Source: Acidobacteriota bacterium (lineage in GTDB: Bacteria > Acidobacteriota > UBA890 > WLXD01). From it: a stretch of 64,000 nucleotides of DNA. This document shows positions 1 through 9,929 of the stretch, one piece after another (within the stretch, counting starts at the first letter, position 1; every line of letters begins with the position of its first letter). A program made the translations under genes and the position numbers. The notes under the pieces were generated by a model, which saw only the letters and a program-made list of their open reading frames with translations, was not told the DNA's origin and did no database searches. Location: contig CAXWPH010000006.1 in assembly GCA_963666055.2 (NCBI GenBank), forward strand, positions 64,001 through 128,000, written 5' to 3'.

Positions 1-1090
1 GAACGTACGCTGGAACGAAGCCGGGATAGAGGTAGTGGCCATCGTCATCGCGCACCGTCAGGCCACCGCGCTCCGCCTGACCTCGCAGATTGTTGCCATA
101 GTCGAAGCACACCGAGCCGGCGCGCTGCAGGTCGAGGATGCCCTGCGTATGCACCACGATCGAGTCGAGAGCGCGGCGACGATATTCGTCGGGGGCATCG
201 ACCCGCAATCGGTCGAGTTCTTCGAGGTCGCCGAGCGGTACGTAGTCGAGCAGGTTGTGCGCCGACGTTTGGTCGGTGACCACGTCGGGGATCGCGCCCA
301 TCGCGGCCAGCCGCGGATAGACCTCGGCAGCGTTGCCAACCAGCCCCACAGACAGACCTCTCCCCTGACTCCGGGCCTCCTCGATCCAGCCTACTGCCTC
401 CTCGAGATCGTCCGATTGGCGGTCACAGTATCCCTCCTCGACCTTGCGGGCGACGCGATCCGGGCGCACCTCGACGACCAGCGCGGCGGCGTCGTTCATG
501 GTCGCTGCCAGCGGTTGGGCGCCGCTCATCCCGCCGAGCCCGGCGGTGAGGACGAATTTTCCCCGCAGGCTGTCGACGCCGAACTCCTGCTTCGCACAGG
601 CGGCGAAAGTCTCGTACGTCCCCTGCAAGATCCCCTGAGTGCCGATGTAGATCCAGGATCCAGCCGTCATCTGCCCGTACATCATGAGACCGGCCAGATC
701 GAGCTCCTCGAAATGCTCCTCGGTTGCCCAATCCGGCACCAGGTTGGAGTTAGCGATGATCACTCGCGGAGCATCAGGCGATGTGCGAGCCACGTAGACG
801 GGCTTGCCCGACTGAACACACAAGGTCTCGTCGGTGGCCAGGCTACGCAGGCTCTCGACGATCTGTCCGTAGGCTCGCCAGTTCCGCGCCGCCCTACCGC
901 TCCCTCCGTACACCACCAGATTCGGCCAGTCGACGGCAACCTCAGGGTCGAGGTTGTTCATCAGCATCCGCAGAGCGCCCTCTGTGTCCCAGGTCGAGCA
1001 AGTGCGCTGCACTCCGCGCGGCGCCCGAATCGGCCCTGCTGGACGCTCCTCCGCGTACATCGGCCGCCCGATGTTCGCGGTCTCGGTCAT
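1..1090 (-). CDS. hutU: urocanate hydratase, 3' part runs off the window start
   Basis: Not in the ORF track because it has no stop in the window. Manual minus-strand translation gives IRAPRG..TEGALRMLMNNLDPEVA..LVVYGGSGRAARNW..QSGKPV..IANSNLV..GLMMYGQMTAGSWIYIGTQGILQGTYETF. Start is ATG 1090 (in-frame alternatives 1102, 1060). Confidence 0.95.
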   Translation of the reverse strand, partial: MTETANIGRPMYAEERPAGPIRAPRGVQRTCSTWDTEGALRMLMNNLDPEVAVDWPNLVVYGGSGRAARNWRAYGQIVESLRSLATDETLCVQSGKPVYVARTSPDAPRVIIANSNLVPDWATEEHFEELDLAGLMMYGQMTAGSWIYIGTQGILQGTYETFAACAKQEFGVDSLRGKFVLTAGLGGMSGAQPLAATMNDAAALVVEVRPDRVARKVEEGYCDRQSDDLEEAVGWIEEARSQGRGLSVGLVGNAAEVYPRLAAMGAIPDVVTDQTSAHNLLDYVPLGDLEELDRLRVDAPDEYRRRALDSIVVHTQGILDLQRAGSVCFDYGNNLRGQAERGGLTVRDDDGHYLYPGFVPAYV

Positions 1091-1109
1091 CCTCGTACCC
1101 ATGCTCGGC

Positions 1110-2264
1110 TCAGGGTTGGCCTCCCGGGCTGATGCCGCGAAGACGCCAGACAGCGATGTCGGCGACGAAAGCCTCGCCCAGTTGTGTCGTGCGCAACGGC
1201 TCGAAGTACGCCTCGAACGCCCGGTCCCACCGGTTCAAGATCCCGTCACCGGCCCCGCCTGGGCCGCGATCCTCGTATAGCACCCCGGCATGATCGTCGA
1301 TGGTGAGAATATCGCCCTGGCGCACGACGTCGAAACCCACCGCACGCAATGGATCGCTGGTCCAGTAGTAGGCGCCGTCAACGGCCAGAAACATGTCGTC
1401 CACTACCCTGTCGGCGATGTCTTCCAGACGATCCCACGGCAGGATCGGCCCTTCAAAGTCACCGGCGCGACGCCGTGACGCCTGCCAGAATGCGAGCACC
1501 GTACCTCCCAGAAAACGCTCGGCCGGATGATCGTCCATCTCCCCGATCATCGGCACATAGGGCAACCCGGCAAACCCCTGGAGGATCCCGAACGCATCGT
1601 CGCCGGCGCGCACCGTCACCCGATGGGGACGCCCGCTCGGTGAGGTCGCGTGGGCCTCGTCGCCCCCTGGGGAGGCCGACCGTTGGAGGATTCGGTTGCG
1701 CTGATCACGAATCACGGCGCGCACCATGAAGCGCATCGTGCCGGTTCCGAGATCGGGGTAGGCATCACCGCTGGGGTTGATGTCCGCGGCGTGGCTCCAC
1801 CCGAAGCCCCAGCTCACCTGATAGTTGTCGGTGAAGCCGATCTGCGTGGCGACGAAGCTCGGGTCGAAGTTCTCGTTGGCGAACGGAAACGTCGGCTCGA
1901 CCTTGAACCAGAGAAACTCCGGCGTGTACCACCAACTGCTCCACGCCTCGACCGGGCGCGGCGCGGCTTCCGGGGCGAGACGCACACTGGGCGTGCTGCC
2001 GAAGAGCACCGTCTCTCCGCCGCCAAAGCGCGGCGTCGCCTCCAGGATAGCGAACAAGGTAACCGGCGTGCCCGAGACCGCCTCCTTCGATGCAACGCTG
2101 GCTACCGAGTCGTCGAGCGCCGCCGACGTCACCCATACGCGCTGAATCTGCGGGGTCAGCCAGGCACGTGCCCGCGGCACCCCGAAAACCACCGAGAGCA
2201 GCGCCGCAACGACGGTGGAGGCAATCAACGCCAACCGCAGTCGTTCAGCAGCCGGCGGACGCAT
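1110..2264 (-). CDS. exported hypothetical protein; C-terminal half resembles an NlpC/P60-like fold without the catalytic Cys
   Basis: N-terminal signal/TM segment; GLPYV..ERFLGGTV..RRRAG and GDILTIDDHAGVLYED. ATG 2264 preferred because the ORF-track start at 2297 lies inside a repeat relic. Confidence 0.65.
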   Translation of the reverse strand: MRPPAAERLRLALIASTVVAALLSVVFGVPRARAWLTPQIQRVWVTSAALDDSVASVASKEAVSGTPVTLFAILEATPRFGGGETVLFGSTPSVRLAPEAAPRPVEAWSSWWYTPEFLWFKVEPTFPFANENFDPSFVATQIGFTDNYQVSWGFGWSHAADINPSGDAYPDLGTGTMRFMVRAVIRDQRNRILQRSASPGGDEAHATSPSGRPHRVTVRAGDDAFGILQGFAGLPYVPMIGEMDDHPAERFLGGTVLAFWQASRRRAGDFEGPILPWDRLEDIADRVVDDMFLAVDGAYYWTSDPLRAVGFDVVRQGDILTIDDHAGVLYEDRGPGGAGDGILNRWDRAFEAYFEPLRTTQLGEAFVADIAVWRLRGISPGGQP

Positions 2265-2274
2265 CAGCGAGCGC

Positions 2275-2349
2275 CTAGTGTGCTGTGCGGGAAGCAAATC
2301 GACACTCGTGGCTCCGCAAGGCGGCGAGGTCGAGAAGCAGCAGCACTAG
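2275..2349. mobile_element. degenerate CTAG-bounded miniature inverted-repeat relic (family B)
   Basis: CTAGTGTGCTG...CAGCAGCACTAG, imperfect terminal inverted repeats; internal GCAAGGCG motif shared with the 26141 element. Confidence 0.5.
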
Positions 2350-2513
2350 CAGGCCGTGGTGAAATGGGCCCGGTTGCCAGGCGCGACGACGAGACGATGT
2401 TTGCCCATCGTGGAGGAGGAGCAACGCCGCAGACGGACCCATTTCGCCGCCATCCTCCGGACAAATGGGCAGTTGCGGGCGATATGCAACGATCATCTGT
2501 TACAGACCACTAG
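2346..2513. mobile_element. chimeric miniature element: family-A left end, one structured lobe, family-B right end
   Basis: Starts CTAGCAGGCCGTGGTGAAA (identical to 26141-26159). Internal stem GGTGAAATGGGCCCG/CGGACCCATTTCGCC. Ends ACAGACCACTAG; that CTAG carries the TAG stop of the protease gene. Confidence 0.7.
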
Positions 2514-3352
2514 GATGTCGCGATCTCGGCGCGTTCCTCTTCAGGGGCTAGCAGCCCGGCGCGGCCGATAAGGCGCGCCGCCACGCGACGCACGGTATTG
2601 ATCGGGATAGCGAAGCCAACGCCGGCGTAGGCACCACGCCCAGTCCTTGACGCCGCCTCAGACACCGCGATCGCCGTGTTGATGCCGATAACTTCACCAC
2701 GCAGATTCGCTAGCGGGCCGCCCGAGTTGCCAGGGTTGATCGCCGCGTCGGTCTGGATGAATCCGCTGCGCATCGACAGTGACCGCACGCGGCGATCGAG
2801 GGCACTCACGATGCCTGTCGACACAGTCCCCGTCAGCCGAAACGGCGCTCCCATGGCTACCACCCACTCACCCACTCGAAGCACCTCGGAATCGCCCAAT
2901 GCCGCGGCCTGTAGCGGCTCGGTGACATCGACCTTGAGGACCGCGAGGTCAGTGCCGCTGTCGCGCCCCACCACGGTCGCCAACAATGGAGGCAAGCCTT
3001 GCAGTTGGATCTCGATCTGTCCGGCGCCCTCCACGACGTGCCAATTGGTCACCAGGTAACCGTCGGAGCGGACCACCAGCGCCGAGCCGCTCGAACGCTG
3101 CGGAGCCCCCTCCTCGCGCGCCCCGTCGTAGATAGCCACCACAGCTACGGAAGGCTCGAGCACACGGGCAACCTCTGTCCACGACGTGGCGAGCGGATCG
3201 GTGCGGAACTCCGGCAGCGGGCCACCAAGATCGACCTCGGGCCACAAGGCGCCGTCCGCGGCCACGTAGTAGCTACCAGCCAGCGACACCGCCAGGAGGC
3301 CGAGCACCGTCAGCAGCGTACGCTGCGTCAGCTGTTTGAAAGTGTAGCTCAC
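2510..3352 (-). CDS. membrane-anchored trypsin-like (HtrA/DegP-type S1C) serine protease without PDZ domain
   Basis: TNWHVV, TDLAVL and IQTDAAINPGNSGG catalytic triad motifs; N-terminal TM segment. Confidence 0.9.
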   Translation of the reverse strand: MSYTFKQLTQRTLLTVLGLLAVSLAGSYYVAADGALWPEVDLGGPLPEFRTDPLATSWTEVARVLEPSVAVVAIYDGAREEGAPQRSSGSALVVRSDGYLVTNWHVVEGAGQIEIQLQGLPPLLATVVGRDSGTDLAVLKVDVTEPLQAAALGDSEVLRVGEWVVAMGAPFRLTGTVSTGIVSALDRRVRSLSMRSGFIQTDAAINPGNSGGPLANLRGEVIGINTAIAVSEAASRTGRGAYAGVGFAIPINTVRRVAARLIGRAGLLAPEEERAEIATS

Positions 3353-3447
3353 GGGGGCAGTTTAGCACGGTGGTCAGGCTACCCTGGAAGCAAATAAACC
3401 CTTGTGGGCCGGCACATTGAGCAGGAGCGATAGTCTGCTCGACGCCG

Positions 3448-3474
3448 CTCAACCAGGCCCACCGACCGTCCGTC
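3448..3474 (+). promoter_or_regulatory. possible ECF-sigma promoter
   Basis: CTCAAC-N17-CGTC upstream of the efflux operon; weaker -35 than the copies at 8161 and 15007. Confidence 0.3.
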
Positions 3475-3590
3475 GGAGCAGCGCGCCGACGACGAAATGT
3501 TGCTTGCCGGCAGCGCGCAGCGTGACTACCCTCATCTATGGAGATACCGACTCCGCTCCCCCCCTCAGAATCCGCCACATCTGCGAAATC

Positions 3591-4886
3591 ATGCTGAAGA
3601 AGATACTGATCGGGGTCGTCGCGGCGCTCATCGTCACCGCCGGCGTGTATGCGAATCGCGGACGCACCGCCAAGGCGATCGAGGTGCAAACCGAGAACGT
3701 CAAGCGCCGCGACCTTACCGCGACCGTCTCCGGCTCGGGCAAAATCCGGCCGTTCAAGGAGGTCGACATCTCCTCCAACGTCAGCGGTCGCGTAGTACAG
3801 CTCTCGATACTGGAAGGACAGGACGTATCGGCCGGGCAGTTCCTGCTCCGAATCGACCCGGTTCGCTACCGCAGCGCCGTCGAGCAGGTCGAGGCATCGA
3901 TCCAGTCGGCAGAAACCAACACCGAGCTGGCCCGCCAGAATCTCACCTACGCACGCGACGTGCTCGACCGGCGCGAGGGTCTGTACCAGCAGGACCTGCT
4001 GGCTGAGGAAACCTACCTGGAGGCGCTGCAAGCGGTGCGACGCGAGGAGCAAAACCTGCAGATGCGAGAGACCGACGTCGAGCGGCTGCGCGCCCAGCTC
4101 AAGCAGTCCGAGCATGACCTGTCGCAGGTGGCGTTCCGGGCGCCGATCAGCGGGGTCATCACCAAGCTCAACATCGAAGAGGGGGAGACCGCCATTACCG
4201 GGACCATGAACAACCCCGGCACAGTGCTCCTGACGATCGCCGACCTGTCGTTCGTCGAGGCGGAGATCGAGATCGACGAGACCGACATCGTCGACGTCGA
4301 ACTGGGGCAACAAGCAGAAGTCCGCATCGACGCGTTTCCAGATTCCGTGTTCGCAGCGAGCGTCATCGAAGTGGGGAGGAGCCCGATCAACGACACGCAA
4401 GCCACCTCGAGCACGCAGGCAATCAACTTCAAGGTAGTTGTGCGCGTGCTCGAAGCGGTCCCAGGCGCTCGGCCGGGGTTGTCGTGCACCGCCGACATCG
4501 TCACCGCCACCCGTGACGCGGCGCTGGCGGTGCCGATCCAATCGTTGATTCTGCGCGAGGTCGAGCTGGACGAGAACGGGCAGATCGTGCAGCGGGACCC
4601 CCTCGCCGAGCTCTTGGCCGAGGTTGAAAATGGGGCGGCAAATGACGATACCGAGCAGGAGCTTCAAGAGCTCGAAGGAGCTTTCTTGGTTCGAGACGAC
4701 AAGGCGGAGTTCGTTCCGGTGAAGATCGGCGTAGCCGGCGAGCGATACTTCGAGGTACTTTCGGGGATCGACGAGGGCGATGAAGTGGTGGTCGGCCCAT
4801 TCGATGTGATCCGCACGCTGCAGTCCGGCGAGCGCGTCGACACCGGCACGACACGGCGAGATCGATCCGCGGAGGAAGCGGGGTGA
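3591..4886 (+). CDS. MacA-like periplasmic adaptor (membrane fusion) protein
   Basis: N-terminal [12 protein letters not shown] lipoyl half-motif, coiled coil, APISGVI, beta-barrel; ATG 3591. Confidence 0.92.
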   Translation: MLKKILIGVVAALIVTAGVYANRGRTAKAIEVQTENVKRRDLTATVSGSGKIRPFKEVDISSNVSGRVVQLSILEGQDVSAGQFLLRIDPVRYRSAVEQVEASIQSAETNTELARQNLTYARDVLDRREGLYQQDLLAEETYLEALQAVRREEQNLQMRETDVERLRAQLKQSEHDLSQVAFRAPISGVITKLNIEEGETAITGTMNNPGTVLLTIADLSFVEAEIEIDETDIVDVELGQQAEVRIDAFPDSVFAASVIEVGRSPINDTQATSSTQAINFKVVVRVLEAVPGARPGLSCTADIVTATRDAALAVPIQSLILREVELDENGQIVQRDPLAELLAEVENGAANDDTEQELQELEGAFLVRDDKAEFVPVKIGVAGERYFEVLSGIDEGDEVVVGPFDVIRTLQSGERVDTGTTRRDRSAEEAG

Positions 4887-4890
4887 GCGC

Positions 4891-5646
4891 ATGAGCGAGG
4901 CACGGACGCGCGGCACCGATGGCGGCTCGCTGATCATCGAGATCCGTGGCCTGGGAAAGACGTACGACATGGGCAAGGTTAAGGTCGAGGCACTTCGCGG
5001 TGTCGACTTGGACGTGTGTCAGAACGAGTTCATCGCCATCATGGGCCCTTCGGGATCCGGCAAATCGACCCTGATGAACTTGATCGGCTGCCTGGATACG
5101 CCAACCACCGGCACATACACGCTCAATCATCAAGAGGTCAGCAATCTCGATGACAACGAGCTAGCCGCAGTACGCAACAGCGAGATCGGCTTCGTCTTCC
5201 AGACCTTCAACCTGCTGCCGCGTGCCACCGCCCTGCACAACGTCGAGCTGCCGCTGATCTACGCCGGCGTCTCCGGCCGCGAGCGCAAGAAGCGGGCGTT
5301 GCACGCACTCGAGGTAACCGGCCTCGCCGACCGCTCGGACCACCGTCCGAACGAGCTCTCCGGTGGCCAGCGGCAGCGCGTTGCGATCGCTCGAGCGTTG
5401 GTCAACGAGCCTGCCATCCTGCTTGCCGACGAGCCCACCGGAAACCTCGACTCGAAGACCTCCTACGAGGTCATGGAGCTGTTCATCGACCTGCACGACA
5501 AGGGTCAGACCGTGATCGTCGTGACGCACGAAGCGGACATCGCCAAGTATGCACACCGCGTCGTACATTTCCTCGACGGCGAGATCGTTCGCGATGAACA
5601 GCAGACACCGTGGCTGATCGGCGCCGAGCACGCTTCGGCCGGATGA
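4891..5646 (+). CDS. MacB/LolD-family ABC ATP-binding protein
   Basis: [31 protein letters not shown]. Confidence 0.95.
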   Translation: MSEARTRGTDGGSLIIEIRGLGKTYDMGKVKVEALRGVDLDVCQNEFIAIMGPSGSGKSTLMNLIGCLDTPTTGTYTLNHQEVSNLDDNELAAVRNSEIGFVFQTFNLLPRATALHNVELPLIYAGVSGRERKKRALHALEVTGLADRSDHRPNELSGGQRQRVAIARALVNEPAILLADEPTGNLDSKTSYEVMELFIDLHDKGQTVIVVTHEADIAKYAHRVVHFLDGEIVRDEQQTPWLIGAEHASAG

Positions 5647-6890
5647 ACAGCACCCGCCGCGCTATCGGGCTTTCGGAGGGTGTGCTCATCGCTCTTGACT
5701 CGATCTGGGCCAACAAGCTGCGCTCGTTCCTCACGGTGCTCGGCAACATCATCGCCGTCAGTTCGATCATCCTCGTGGTGACAATCATCCAGGGAGTCAA
5801 CGCCGAGGTAACCGGCCTGCTCACCGCTGAAGGCGCCGACGTGTACTCGATCGAGCGTTCGGGCATCGCCTTCTCGCACGATGAGGCTGTGGCCATGCGC
5901 AATCGACCTCGGCTTACGCGCGCCGATGCCCGTTTCGTACGCCAGGAGGCGACGACGATCGCCGCACTGTCGGTCGGCGCCGACCGCAGCACGCTAGTGG
6001 AGTACGGGACGCGATCGGTCGACAGGGTCAGTATCGAGGGAAGGTCGTATGACTGGGCGTTGCTCGACCAAACCGGAATGCGTGCGGGACGCTACCCGTC
6101 CGCCCTCGAGGTGGACCGTAACCGTGCCGTCGCGATGCTGGGTCTCGATGTGGTGGAGGAGTTGTTTCCCGGGCTCCCGCCGGAGGCAGCGCTGGGCCGC
6201 CGTATTCGTATCGGGAGCCTGCATTTTGTCGTCATCGGAGTGCTCGAGACCCGCGGATCGGTGTTCGGCTTCAGCCAGGACGAAGTGGCAGTAATTCCAA
6301 TCGGAACCTGGCAACGCCTTTTCGGTTACCGGACCTCGTTGGAATTTCGCGTCAAGCCGCGACGACCCGACCTGGTTGAGGCGTCGATGGACGAGGCTCG
6401 GATGCTGATGCGCATTCGACACCGCCTACGGCCCCGCGACGTGGACGACTTCGCGGTGACCAGCTCGGACACCTTCCTGGATCTCTATCATCAATTTACC
6501 GCCGGCATCTACGCGGCGTTGATCGGCATCGTCGCGATGGCGCTGGTGGTTGGCGGAATAGTGATCATGAACATCATGTTGATGGTGGTCACCGAGCGCA
6601 CCCGCGAGGTGGGCATCCGCAAGGCGGTGGGGGCCACATATCAGCAGATCCTGTGGCAGTTCCTCGTCGAGGCGGTCACCGTCTCGCTGGTCGGCGGCGT
6701 GGCGGGAATCACCCTCGGCTACGCCGCGGCGGCGGGAATATCCAACTTCACTCCGTTGCCGTTCGTGCTCGTGCCCTGGTCGGTGGCAGCGGCGCTCGCC
6801 ACCGTCATGGTCGTGGGTGTGGTCTTCGGAATTTACCCGGCGAGCCGCGCCGCCACGCTCGACCCGATCGCCGCGCTCCGCTACGAGTGA
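5643..6890 (+). CDS. MacB/FtsX-family ABC permease 1
   Basis: [54 protein letters not shown]; ATGA overlap with the upstream stop. Confidence 0.93.
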   Translation: MNSTRRAIGLSEGVLIALDSIWANKLRSFLTVLGNIIAVSSIILVVTIIQGVNAEVTGLLTAEGADVYSIERSGIAFSHDEAVAMRNRPRLTRADARFVRQEATTIAALSVGADRSTLVEYGTRSVDRVSIEGRSYDWALLDQTGMRAGRYPSALEVDRNRAVAMLGLDVVEELFPGLPPEAALGRRIRIGSLHFVVIGVLETRGSVFGFSQDEVAVIPIGTWQRLFGYRTSLEFRVKPRRPDLVEASMDEARMLMRIRHRLRPRDVDDFAVTSSDTFLDLYHQFTAGIYAALIGIVAMALVVGGIVIMNIMLMVVTERTREVGIRKAVGATYQQILWQFLVEAVTVSLVGGVAGITLGYAAAAGISNFTPLPFVLVPWSVAAALATVMVVGVVFGIYPASRAATLDPIAALRYE

Positions 6891-8146
6891 TGCGCTCCGT
6901 CGTCATTAGCCAAGTCCTCGGGATGGCCTGGGAGAGTCTGCGTGTCCACAAGATGCGCTCGTTCCTCACTATCCTGGGTATCGTCATCGGCATCACGATG
7001 GTGGTCGGAATGACGAGCCTCATACGGGGCTTCGATCAGTCGATGACCGGCCAGATCGAGTCGCTCGGCTCGGACACCGTGTACCTCATCAAGTGGGGTG
7101 GCCGACTGGTCACCTCGGGAGAGGAGTTCCGTCGACTCAACGCCCGGCCGGACATTACCGAGCGCGACGCGGACGCCATCGGTCGACTCGCCGAATCAGT
7201 CGAGCGGGTCTCGATCATGTATGGGGCCGGCTTTCCACCGACCCAGGCGGTGGTTCGATTCGCCGGCCGCCGCACCAACCAGACTCAGGTCATGGGGATC
7301 GCCCCGCGGTTCCTGGATGCCGGCGACATGGAGCTAGAACTAGGCCGCTTCATCAGCCCGATCGACGTACGGCAGCGCACAGACGTCGTCGTGCTGGGTG
7401 ACGGACCTCGCTCTGTGCTGTTTCCAGACCGCGATCCGATCAGTCGCCGGGTGCGCGTCAACGGGCGCGAGTATCGGGTAATCGGCACGATCAAGTCACG
7501 GGACACATCCAGCTTGGCCGGCGAACAGGCCGACAACTTTGTTCTGGTGTCGTCAACCAACTACAGCAAGCTGTTCGGCCCACGCCCCAAAGGAGCGATG
7601 GTGGTCATGCGGGCCAAGGCCGAGCACGGCGTGGAGCGGATGCAAACCGAGGTCGAGGGCATCATGCGGGCGAGGCACGGCCTCCGCGCCAATGAGGATA
7701 GGGACTTCGATCTTGCCACCCAGGAAAGCCTGTTGGAGCTCTGGAAGAACCTCACGCAGTACTTCTTCCTGACGCTGGTGGCGCTCTCCTCGGTGGCCCT
7801 GATGGTCGGCGGCATCGGTGTAATGGCGATCATGCTCGTGTCGGTCACCGAGCGCACCCGTGAGATCGGCGTGCGCAAAGCTCTGGGTGCGCGGCGCTCC
7901 GACGTTCTCCTGCAGTTTCTGGCCGAGGCGGTAGTGCTGGCTGCGGTCGGCGGGCTGCTGGGTGCGCTGGTGGGCGCTGGCTTCGGCTACGCAGCGCACA
8001 TGGCCACCGGCTTCCCGATATCGTTACCGTGGTGGTCGTTCGCTATCGCAGTGGGAACCTCGTCCTTGATTGGCGTCGCCTCCGGTATTTATCCTGCTAA
8101 CCGTGCGGCCCGACTCGACCCCGTAGAAGCCTTGCGATACGAGTAA
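6890..8146 (+). CDS. MacB/FtsX-family ABC permease 2
   Basis: MRSFLTILGIVIGI, VSVTERTREIGVRKALGA, PANRAARLDPVEALRYE; TGATG overlap. Confidence 0.93.
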   Translation: MRSVVISQVLGMAWESLRVHKMRSFLTILGIVIGITMVVGMTSLIRGFDQSMTGQIESLGSDTVYLIKWGGRLVTSGEEFRRLNARPDITERDADAIGRLAESVERVSIMYGAGFPPTQAVVRFAGRRTNQTQVMGIAPRFLDAGDMELELGRFISPIDVRQRTDVVVLGDGPRSVLFPDRDPISRRVRVNGREYRVIGTIKSRDTSSLAGEQADNFVLVSSTNYSKLFGPRPKGAMVVMRAKAEHGVERMQTEVEGIMRARHGLRANEDRDFDLATQESLLELWKNLTQYFFLTLVALSSVALMVGGIGVMAIMLVSVTERTREIGVRKALGARRSDVLLQFLAEAVVLAAVGGLLGALVGAGFGYAAHMATGFPISLPWWSFAIAVGTSSLIGVASGIYPANRAARLDPVEALRYE

Positions 8147-8160
8147 TGGGTCCGTCTTCT

Positions 8161-8187
8161 TGAAACAACGAGCGGTGGGCGACCGTC
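8161..8187 (+). promoter_or_regulatory. putative ECF-sigma promoter for the tolC-family gene
   Basis: TGAAAC-N17-CGTC. Confidence 0.5.
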
Positions 8188-8295
8188 TCCCGATGAAAAG
8201 GATGGCGTCGTGCGCCCTTCGAAAGCCTCGCTCTTACGCGACTCCCTCGCTGGCTGGTATCTACAAGCGCCATCCCGACAGCGTCGAGAAACGGC

Positions 8296-9924
8296 ATGAT
8301 CCGAGTCCGCATGTTCAAGCTCTTGCACTTGGTCGCAGCGGTTGCGATCGTTCTCAGCCCACTGCCTGTCTCGGCACAGGAGCAAACAGCGGCTGCCCCG
8401 ATGACGGAGGACGATGTGCCGACGCTCGAGCTGACGCTGCTCGAGGCCGCCGAGATGGCACTGCGACACAACCTCCAAGTGCGTATCAACAAGTTTGCGC
8501 CGCAGGTCCAAGCCGAGAACATCACCTCCGCCCGCGCTCGCTTCGACCCGAGCCTAACCTTCGACGTGCCGAGCGTCTTTGGCCGTAACACGAGCCAGGG
8601 CACCTCGACCCTAGCGGGCGGCGACATCGTCACCGATGAGACTTTCTCGGGCGGGTTCGGCTTCAGTCATCTGCTGGAATACGGCACCAACTATTCAATC
8701 AACTGGACCGCTCAACGACGCTTCAGCACCAACACCTTCTCAACGTTCAACCCGAACTTCAGTTCCACGCTGAGGGTTCAGCTGACCCAGCCGCTGCTTC
8801 GTAACTTCGGCAAGGAGAACAACATCAGCCAGATCGTGATTGCCCAGGACAATCTCGAAGTCAGCATGGAGACCTTCCGCAATCAGGTGCAGCAGACGAT
8901 CCTGAGCGTTTACGAGGCATACTGGCAGCTCGTTTTCGCCGAGGACGACCTGGCGGTCAAGGAGCTGTCGCTCGACCTGGCGCGGCAGCAATTCGAGCGC
9001 AACAAGGTGCAGGTCGAGATCGGCACTCTGGCGCCGATCGAGACGATCCAGGCCGAGCAGCAGGTGGCCACCAACGAGCTACAGCTCACCCAGGCTCGAC
9101 AGGCGCTGGCCGACGCGAGCGACGACCTCAGACGACTGTTGAACGTAGAGGCCGGGGCGCAGGCGGGCTGGGACGTGCCGCTGGTGGCAGCCGACGAGCC
9201 ACAGGTGACCGATGAGGTCATCGACCTCGACGAGGCGATCAACCAGGCCCTCGAGCGTGATCCGCAGCTTCGCAGCCTTCGAATAGGGTCCCGTACCCGC
9301 GCACTCAGCGTTCGCACGGCGCGTAACGCGCTCCTCCCACAGCTGAACTTCAGTGGCTCGATCGTGCTGTCCGGCCAGGGCGGCGACACCCTGATACGGA
9401 GCGGCGGCTTCGGCTCCAGCGAGATTCTGGAGGTTCAAGAAGGCGGTTTCTCGGACGCGCTCCGCAACCTGTTCTCGGGCGAGTTCCGCAACTGGCAAGT
9501 GGGGCTTCAGGTACAGTTCCCGATCAACAACTGGGCCGCCAAGGCACAGCATGCTCAGGCGATCATCAACGAGCGCCAGCTGCTTGTGCAGATCGCCGAT
9601 CGCGAGCAGCAGCTCCGGGTGGATATCACCAAGGCCGTCCGCCAGGTGACCAGCGGCGCCCAGCAGGTAGCGCAGGCCACCGTGGCGCGCGTGCTCGCCG
9701 AACGGCAGCTCGACGCCGAGGAACGCAAATTCGCCGTAGGCACGACAACGAACTTCGAGGTGCTAACGTTCCAGCGAGATCTCGCTAACGCGCGCACCTC
9801 GGAGCTGCAAGCGATGACCAATTACATGAACTCGGGCGCCCGGCTCGAGCAGGCAAAGGGTACGCTGCTGGAGAGCCTCGGGATTAGCATCAACATGGCC
9901 GGAGTGCCTGGCAGACCGAGGTAG
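8296..9924 (+). CDS. TolC-family outer membrane efflux protein
   Basis: Signal peptide; LTLLEAAEMALRHN; two OEP-like repeats (LTQPLL, LLPQLNF, KFAVGTTTNFEVL); next to MacAB-like genes. Confidence 0.92.
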   Translation: MIRVRMFKLLHLVAAVAIVLSPLPVSAQEQTAAAPMTEDDVPTLELTLLEAAEMALRHNLQVRINKFAPQVQAENITSARARFDPSLTFDVPSVFGRNTSQGTSTLAGGDIVTDETFSGGFGFSHLLEYGTNYSINWTAQRRFSTNTFSTFNPNFSSTLRVQLTQPLLRNFGKENNISQIVIAQDNLEVSMETFRNQVQQTILSVYEAYWQLVFAEDDLAVKELSLDLARQQFERNKVQVEIGTLAPIETIQAEQQVATNELQLTQARQALADASDDLRRLLNVEAGAQAGWDVPLVAADEPQVTDEVIDLDEAINQALERDPQLRSLRIGSRTRALSVRTARNALLPQLNFSGSIVLSGQGGDTLIRSGGFGSSEILEVQEGGFSDALRNLFSGEFRNWQVGLQVQFPINNWAAKAQHAQAIINERQLLVQIADREQQLRVDITKAVRQVTSGAQQVAQATVARVLAERQLDAEERKFAVGTTTNFEVLTFQRDLANARTSELQAMTNYMNSGARLEQAKGTLLESLGISINMAGVPGRPR

Positions 9925-9929
9925 ACCTC

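Noticed and set aside
35-1132. 365-aa plus-strand ORF
   Set aside because: Antisense shadow of hutU. The same applies to other long GC-rich shadow ORFs such as 3273..4976, 33533..35260, 26359..27309 and the 5' part of 38240..40030.
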